This document shows positions 36,098-41,805 of a DNA stretch of 41,805 nucleotides, piece by piece (within the stretch, counting starts at the first letter, position 1; the number at the start of each line of letters is the position of its first letter). Where the stretch lies: NCBI GenBank assembly GCA_965371305.1, contig CBDUXY010000002.1, positions 1-41,805 on the forward strand, written 5' to 3'. The stretch comes from an uncultured bacterium (GTDB taxonomy: Bacteria; Desulfobacterota; GWC2-55-46; DRQE01). The position numbers were made by a program, and so were the translations under genes. The notes below the pieces were generated by a model. That model worked only from the letters and a program-made list of their open reading frames with translations, did no database searches and was not told where the DNA came from.

Positions 36098-39000
36098 TCA
36101 AGCTCTTGACTCACGACATATGTTAGCAAAGGCGCACCAGGCGCAGTGCAAGTAACCGGGCGTTGCAGGAAACTCTTTTTTTCTTATGCCCTCGGACACC
36201 CCCATTACTTGATCCACCATCTTATCAAGCGCTTTGTCGTCAAACATAGCCGTTCCGACAAGGCCGGTATCTACGAAGTTAAGCTCACACCCTTTCGGAA
36301 GAACGCCGAAAAGCTCTTTATAGGCATAGGCGTAGAGCTTTAACTGCAAGGACTCCTTTGCCTTTTTATCGGCTTTTTTCTGCTCACGCACGTCAGAGGT
36401 CTTAAAGTCAACTACGTAAGGGCCGTCATCTCGCTCCTCAATCAAATCCCACCTGCCCTTTAGTTCGTCGCCTCCGATGCCTACGATAAAGTCCTTTTCA
36501 ACAGAAACCGGCCTTGTTTGCCGCTTCCTCTCACGCTGCACAAAACGTTTAAGCGTCTCTACCCCTGCGTCAAATCTCTTTTGCTCATGCTCCATTGAGA
36601 CGAAACCCTCGTTTCGCCAGGACGATTTAAACGCGTCAAGTGTCTGCTCTATCGTAGGCTTTTGCCCCTCCGTCTGCGCCATCAGGAAATAAGCGATCGC
36701 GTCATGCACGGCCTTTCCGTACACGATTGAATGGTGCGGGAGCAGAGGTATTTTAAGCTGATGAACGTACCTGTATTTTTGCGGACAAGTCAGGTAATCG
36801 TCTATCTGATAAGCGCTCAGTTTAAGAGGCCCTGCGAGGGCAACTTTAGAAGTAGTAGGGGCAACAACACGGCTTCGACTGCTTTGCCCTGCCTTGCCTG
36901 CGGCAGAGTCTCCCGTTGTCCCACCAAGCCCGTGTCTTTTTATTGCTTCAAGCGGGTCGCTCTTTACAGGGGCCGCCTTTTGCACGTCGGTCGCCTCAAG
37001 CACAAACGGACTCACTTTCTTCTGTCTGACTCCGCCGTAGTCCGCCGCGCCCGTCATATAAAGCTCGTCCATTGCCCTTGTCATGGCGACGTAAAAAAGC
37101 CTCCTCTCCTCCTCCCGGTGAAAATCGCCCGTAGGCAGAGTGTCTTTTATAAGCTCCGTTGGAATCTCAAGCGGCTCCCTTCTCTTTCGCCTCGGGAACC
37201 TCTCGGAGACAAGACCGACCATAAAGACCACAGGGAACTCAAGACCTTTGGACTTATGCACTGTCATAACATGCACGAAGTCCTCGTCAATATCAGGCTC
37301 CGCCGTCGGGGGGTCGTCTCCAGCCTCCATAAGCAAGCTTAGGTGCTCGGTCATGGCCATAACGCTTTTTATGGAAAGAGTGCTCTCAATGTGAGAGACC
37401 TGCTCGAAGAACCTTGCTATGTTGCGTATTTTTTGTTCAGCCCGTTCAGCCCCAGGTTCGGCGCTGTTTGCAAGGGTTGTCATGTAGCCGGAATCGGTAA
37501 GGAAAGTATAGAGCAGCCTTGCCGTAGGCTCATTTCTGGCAAGCTCAGTGAAACGTTCCATGTCGTTCATAAAACGCTTTATGCTCTCCCGGCTCTCGTC
37601 CGAAATCTCAACTCCTGAGGCGCAACCCGAGGCAACGTCTTTTAACACGTTAAAAAGTGGCCGGTGAGAGCGCCGTGCTTTATTGTGGCACGGCACGAGG
37701 TCTTCTGCTTTTATGGCGTACACAGGGGAACTTGCAAGGTGGAAAAGACTCAAGTTGTCATTCCTGTTCGTCAGGGTGCGAAGCAGGCAGATTAACAGCC
37801 TCACCTCCTCGGTGGAGTAAAGTCCACTTGAACCGGAAAAACGGTAACTCACCCCTGCCGCGTCAAAGGCCTTTAAAAAGGGCACGGCGTCGCTGTTGGC
37901 CCGCACAAGCACGGCGTGGTCGGAAAGGGTCCTGCCGTTTTCCGTTATGCCTGAAATAATCTTCTGCGCCACCCACTCGGCCTCGCTTGAAAGGGTATCG
38001 AAGTGCATATGCCTTAGAACACCCTTGGCACCCCCGGCCGTTCGCACGGAGTAGAGCCTCTTGTCTATGCCGCTTTTAACCTCAAGCCTGTCCGGGTTGT
38101 TGTGGGTAATAAGCCTGTATGAGCTATCAAGGATAACCTTTACCGAGCGGTAGTTTTTACCAAGGGTAATCTGCTCCGCCTCAGGGTACACGTCCATAAA
38201 GTTAAGCACGTTGCTTATGGCAGCGCCTCGAAATTTATAAATACTCTGGTCGTCGTCGGCTACAACGGTTAAGTTGCCGCTCTTTCCGGCAAGCAGCTTT
38301 AAGAGCTCGAACTGAGCGTAGTTCGTGTCCTGGAACTCGTCAGCGAGTATGTAGGTATATTTAGCCTGGTACCGCTTAAGCACGTCCGGGCGCTCACGCA
38401 GCAGTCGCAGGGCAAGCGTGACCTGGTCTCCAAAGTCCATGTACCCGTGCGTTGTCATGAGTTCCGTGTACTTTTCGTAACAAAGAGAGAGCTCTGTTTG
38501 AGAGGCAACGTAGTCTGCGCTGCGGCCCTCCTGCCCCGGTTCCGCTGGTTTAAGGCTGCGGCAGAACTCGACGTACTCTTTTGGACCTATGTCCTCGTCC
38601 TTGAGCCTGCCGATAAAAGAAACAAGGGCCGAGAGGTAGCGCGTCGGGTCTCCAAGGGGACGGTAAATGTCGAGCGGCAACTTATACAGGTTTTCTTTGA
38701 GGAATATGACGCACTCGGTCTGGGTAAGCACCTTGAAGTCGGGGACAAGCCCAATGGAGAGCGCGTTATCGCGAATAATGCTGTCGCCAAAGGAATGGAA
38801 AGTGGAGATGGAAACCGTGGAGTAGCCGTAAGGAACAAGCCTGTCTACCCGCTCCTCCATCTCGGTCGCCGCCTTTTCAGTGAAGGTAAGCGCAAGTACC
38901 GAGCCGGGGCTAACGCCCTTTTCATTGATCAGCCGGGCAATCTTACCCGTAACAACGCGGGTCTTACCCGAGCCTGCGCCTGCAATAATCAGAAGCGGCC

Positions 39001-39130
39001 CTGCTTCATGACGAACGGCGCGGAGCTGCTCTTCATTAAACTCAAGTGCGCCGTCTGATTTTACTGGTTTTTCAAGTTGCAATGTCAAGATACCGGCTCC
39101 AGAATTTTCTAATTCTAAATTAATAGGCAA
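36098..39130 (-). CDS. UvrD-like helicase fused to a C-terminal PD-(D/E)XK nuclease (AdnAB/AddA-like)
   Basis: AGAGSGKT, DEFQD, DDDQSIYKFRGA, TVHKSKGLEF and EERRLFYVAMTRA; nuclease GRWD..VVDFKT..QLKLY; four Cys (TCP; CAWC-x5-C). Start codon uncertain. Confidence 0.9.
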   Translation of the reverse strand: MPINLELENSGAGILTLQLEKPVKSDGALEFNEEQLRAVRHEAGPLLIIAGAGSGKTRVVTGKIARLINEKGVSPGSVLALTFTEKAATEMEERVDRLVPYGYSTVSISTFHSFGDSIIRDNALSIGLVPDFKVLTQTECVIFLKENLYKLPLDIYRPLGDPTRYLSALVSFIGRLKDEDIGPKEYVEFCRSLKPAEPGQEGRSADYVASQTELSLCYEKYTELMTTHGYMDFGDQVTLALRLLRERPDVLKRYQAKYTYILADEFQDTNYAQFELLKLLAGKSGNLTVVADDDQSIYKFRGAAISNVLNFMDVYPEAEQITLGKNYRSVKVILDSSYRLITHNNPDRLEVKSGIDKRLYSVRTAGGAKGVLRHMHFDTLSSEAEWVAQKIISGITENGRTLSDHAVLVRANSDAVPFLKAFDAAGVSYRFSGSSGLYSTEEVRLLICLLRTLTNRNDNLSLFHLASSPVYAIKAEDLVPCHNKARRSHRPLFNVLKDVASGCASGVEISDESRESIKRFMNDMERFTELARNEPTARLLYTFLTDSGYMTTLANSAEPGAERAEQKIRNIARFFEQVSHIESTLSIKSVMAMTEHLSLLMEAGDDPPTAEPDIDEDFVHVMTVHKSKGLEFPVVFMVGLVSERFPRRKRREPLEIPTELIKDTLPTGDFHREEERRLFYVAMTRAMDELYMTGAADYGGVRQKKVSPFVLEATDVQKAAPVKSDPLEAIKRHGLGGTTGDSAAGKAGQSSRSRVVAPTTSKVALAGPLKLSAYQIDDYLTCPQKYRYVHQLKIPLLPHHSIVYGKAVHDAIAYFLMAQTEGQKPTIEQTLDAFKSSWRNEGFVSMEHEQKRFDAGVETLKRFVQRERKRQTRPVSVEKDFIVGIGGDELKGRWDLIEERDDGPYVVDFKTSDVREQKKADKKAKESLQLKLYAYAYKELFGVLPKGCELNFVDTGLVGTAMFDDKALDKMVDQVMGVSEGIRKKEFPATPGYLHCAWCAFANICRESRA

Positions 39131-39252
39131 CTCTAAAAAATCATCTCATAGATAGGTCCAAGGCCTGTCCTTGCGAGCGCAGGGTTAAGTACCCTGCGGC
39201 TTGACAACCCATTGGAAAACAATCTTGTGCTTGAAAAACTTTACCCGCTCCG

Positions 39253-39300
39253 GAGATTGCTTCGTCGGCCTTTGTGACTTAGCGCCTCCTCTAAGTGACA
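39253..39300 (+). repeat. Degenerate GAGATTGCTTCGTCG...CTCCTC...TGAC palindromic-element remnant
   Basis: Resembles the widespread GTCATTGCGAGGAG...GACGAAGCAATCTC extragenic repeat (recalled, not searched); single copy in this window. Confidence 0.45.
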
Positions 39301-39347
39301 ACAACCATCAGTGCTTTTAAAGGTTTAATATCCATATGTTTGTGAAT

Positions 39348-40505
39348 TTAACGTCCGCGCCCTGAAACGTCCGTCGCGGCCGCGGCCCATAACTGCGAAT
39401 AAACGATCTTTCTTATTTTATTATTACCCGAATCGGCAACGTATATATCGCCGTTTTTATCCACTACTATGCCTGTTGGGAACTTAAAACTCGCACTCAG
39501 GGCCGGTCCGTCAATTGAGCCTTCGACAAGCCCACCGGCAATCGTACTCACAACACCTCCAGGGGTTATGCGGCGTATTTTGTTGTTGCCTGAATCACAG
39601 ACAAAAATATTACCTGCAAGGTCAAGGGCAATTCCGGTTGGCCAGGAAAACATTGCCATAGACCCGGTGCCGTCCCTGTAGCCCCCCATGACGCCCCCTG
39701 CAATGGTTGTTATAGAGCCGTTTAAGTCTATTTTCCTTATGGCGTTGTTACCGGAGTCGGCTATATACACTATACCTTCCGGGGTTACGGCAACAGAGAC
39801 CGGTTGGTTCAGCCTTGACTTGAACCCTGAGCCGTCAATATGACCGGGAAGACCGTTTCCGGCAATAGTCGTTACTATGGCTTCGGGACTTATCCGTCTT
39901 ACGGCATGGCCCCTTCTATCGGCCACATAAAAAGCCCCGACAGAGTCCACGGCTATACCGGTTGGGTAGCCAAACATTGCCTGCCCTGCCTTGCCGTCCC
40001 TCAGTCCCATTATGCCGTTACCGGCAACGGTTGTCACAACACCCAAGCTTGTTACCCGGCGTATTCTAAAGTTATCAGCGTCAGCGACAATTATGTCGCC
40101 TGAAGGGTCAAGCACAATATTGTCCGGTCCCCATAAAAGCGCTTCGGCGCCCGCGCCGTCTGCAAACCCGGGCTCTGCGGTCGCGGAACCGGCAACCGTC
40201 TTAACAACGCCTTTTGCGTCCACTGAACGTATGAGGTTGTTTGAATAATCGGCGACGTAAATAATCCCGCCCTGACCAATGGCAACGCCTGTCGGCCAGC
40301 TAAAACTCGCTGAGCCTGCTTTGCCGTCCTGAAAACCTTTCACCCCGGCTCCGGCAATCGTTGTTACGTAGTATGAGGAATGTGCCTGACTTTTTGGAGC
40401 AGGCACAGGGGCTGCAAGAGACGCAACATCCATGCAGATAAGCAGGGAAATGCAGGTAAGAAAAAAAACCTTTTTGAAGATATAAAAAAATAATCTGCTT
40501 TGCAC
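39348..40505 (-). CDS. Secreted NHL-repeat (beta-propeller) protein
   Basis: Six repeats of F..P.G.A.D..G..YVAD..N..IR.I with TIAG linkers; hydrophobic N-terminal signal. Confidence 0.88.
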   Translation of the reverse strand: MQSRLFFYIFKKVFFLTCISLLICMDVASLAAPVPAPKSQAHSSYYVTTIAGAGVKGFQDGKAGSASFSWPTGVAIGQGGIIYVADYSNNLIRSVDAKGVVKTVAGSATAEPGFADGAGAEALLWGPDNIVLDPSGDIIVADADNFRIRRVTSLGVVTTVAGNGIMGLRDGKAGQAMFGYPTGIAVDSVGAFYVADRRGHAVRRISPEAIVTTIAGNGLPGHIDGSGFKSRLNQPVSVAVTPEGIVYIADSGNNAIRKIDLNGSITTIAGGVMGGYRDGTGSMAMFSWPTGIALDLAGNIFVCDSGNNKIRRITPGGVVSTIAGGLVEGSIDGPALSASFKFPTGIVVDKNGDIYVADSGNNKIRKIVYSQLWAAAATDVSGRGR

Positions 40506-40562
40506 TTTAAAAAAACCTCACACAGGGGGGGGGCTTGCATAAGTAATAGGCCATGGCGGCGT

Positions 40563-40740
40563 TCAAAACAAGCAACACCCTGGCGGCGTTAAAAAAAACT
40601 ACACACGCGTAGCGTCAAACAAACGACACACGCGCAGCGTCAGACAAACGACGCCCTGGCAACGTCAAACAAACGACGCACGCGCCACGTCAAACAAGCG
40701 ACGCTCGCGCTCCATTAAACAAGCGACGCCCTCGCGTCGA
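40563..40740 (-). repeat. ~25-bp tandem array (7 copies) whose terminal copy is the 3' end of the adjacent gene
   Basis: TYAAACAARCGAC... units at 40563, 40589, 40615, 40640, 40665, 40690 and 40715. Confidence 0.88.
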
Positions 40741-41449
40741 CGGCAACAAGGCCGTTTTTATATGATATAAGCGGGTTTATCTCAAGCTCCTTAATGTCGC
40801 AGCCCGCGCCTTCTACTAATTTTTCAGAAAGCCTTATTATTACGTCAGCTATGGCCCCTATGTCGCACTCACCACCCCCCCTGTAACCCGTAAGCAGCGG
40901 ATACCCCTGAACCTCTTCTATCATAGCGATGGCTTCAGTCCTGCTCACAGGGGCAAGGCAGAAACTAACGTCTTTCATCAATTCCACGGCGACCCCGCCA
41001 ATTCCGAACATAACGGCAAGGCCAAACTGCTCGTCCCTTATCGCCCCTACAATCACCTCTACCCCACCTGGTCGGGCCATTTTCTCAACCAGGAAACCGT
41101 CTATGTCGGCAGTCGGCGCGCAGTCCGACACCTCAAAAAGCATTACGTTCCAGGCATCCCGAAGCTCTCCGGAATCCCTGATGCCGGTTGCCACACCGCC
41201 AACGTCGCTCTTATGCGACACGTCCCTTGATACAATCTTAAGCGCAACCGGATAACCCACCGCGTCGGCGCAAAGAAAGGCCTCATCGATATCCCTTGCC
41301 ATCCGGCCCGCAGGCACCGGGATTTGCCAACTATCGAGCAGGGCCTTCACCTCTGTTTCCAGAAAGTTCTTCCCCCCGCTTGACAGGAGGTCTCTTATGA
41401 CTTTTTTTCCGTCAAGCTTCTTTTTGCCGATTCCTTTTCCGTCAGGCAT
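40715..41449 (-). CDS. Stand-alone ADP-forming acyl-CoA synthetase beta subunit (ATP-grasp)
   Basis: GYPVALKIVS..HKSDVGGV, EVIVGAIRDEQFG, FGIGG..VE..KD, ELEINPL and AVDAR. ATG 41449 follows GGGAGG. Confidence 0.85.
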   Translation of the reverse strand: MPDGKGIGKKKLDGKKVIRDLLSSGGKNFLETEVKALLDSWQIPVPAGRMARDIDEAFLCADAVGYPVALKIVSRDVSHKSDVGGVATGIRDSGELRDAWNVMLFEVSDCAPTADIDGFLVEKMARPGGVEVIVGAIRDEQFGLAVMFGIGGVAVELMKDVSFCLAPVSRTEAIAMIEEVQGYPLLTGYRGGGECDIGAIADVIIRLSEKLVEGAGCDIKELEINPLISYKNGLVAVDARASLV

Positions 41450-41482
41450 TGCATACCTCCCCTTGCCAGTATTCAACGCACG

Positions 41483-41686
41483 TCAGTCAAGCTTGAACGC
41501 GGCCTTGATAATCACCTGATACTCAACGACTTTACCCTCGTCTATCTTACCGCGTTGCTCCACCACCTGAAACCAGGCAAGCCCATGCAGCGACTTGGCC
41601 GCCTTTGCCACGGCATTGCCTATGGCATCCTCGTAATTCTCATTCGATATACCAACAAGTTCGACCTGCTTGTAAGTCCTGTCCAT
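41483..41686 (-). CDS. Dodecin (flavin/CoA-binding)
   Basis: 67 aa with TYKQVELVGIS, AIGNAV, WFQVVEQRG and YQV; AGGAGG RBS. Confidence 0.92.
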   Translation of the reverse strand: MDRTYKQVELVGISNENYEDAIGNAVAKAAKSLHGLAWFQVVEQRGKIDEGKVVEYQVIIKAAFKLD

Positions 41687-41717
41687 TTTAAACCCTCCTT
41701 GTCTGATCTCTGATTAA

Positions 41718-41772
41718 ATTTTTTCAGTTTTTAATTTTTCAGTTTTTAATTTTTTGGTCTTTTAGTTTTTTG
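41718..41772 (+). repeat. Short 15-16-bp T-rich tandem repeat upstream of dodecin
   Basis: TTTTTCAGTTTTTAA x2 followed by degenerate copies. Confidence 0.55.
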
Positions 41773-41805
41773 ATGGCGGCGCGCAGGTCTTTGCTGCGGG
41801 ATTGT

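Noticed and set aside
40563-40740. CRISPR or iteron array
   Set aside because: Units are contiguous with no unique spacers, derive from the adjacent gene end, and there is no rep gene.

Overview
Bacterial chromosomal segment. Gene content (sigma54/NtrC nitrogen locus, Dif-like chemosensory cluster, LarBC, Lon-Hsp20) suggests a deltaproteobacterium-like (Desulfobacterota-type) organism, but this is inference only. Left to right it holds: a CPA1 antiporter and thiE; a minus-strand nitrogen-scavenging unit (tandem NtrC-type boxes + sigma54 promoter -> REC-ANTAR regulator -> class I glutamine amidotransferase -> structured leader -> TorF/Gcw_chp-like porin -> PII -> two divergent Amt transporters); glgA and pcrA/uvrD; an accessory patch at ~13.2-19.5 kb (AT-rich orphan with a TIR/nucleoside-deoxyribosyltransferase-like domain, PilZ + Zn-ribbon protein, lipoprotein, ABC-F); galU, hsp20-lon-thiL; a reduced Dif-like MCP-CheW-CheA cluster joined to larB-larC; an MBL hydrolase, queF, a hybrid kinase, a single-chain UvrD-nuclease, an NHL protein, a stand-alone acyl-CoA synthetase beta subunit and dodecin. 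No rRNA, tRNA, CRISPR, transposase or integrase was recognised. The most unusual signal is non-coding: (i) a family of ~89-bp inverted-repeat-bounded units arrayed right behind stop codons at four loci, plus a second array with the same period; (ii) two tandem arrays built from the last codons of a gene (thiL x3; acyl-CoA synthetase beta x7); (iii) several REP/ERIC-like palindromes. All calls are from motif recognition by eye; no database searches were run.
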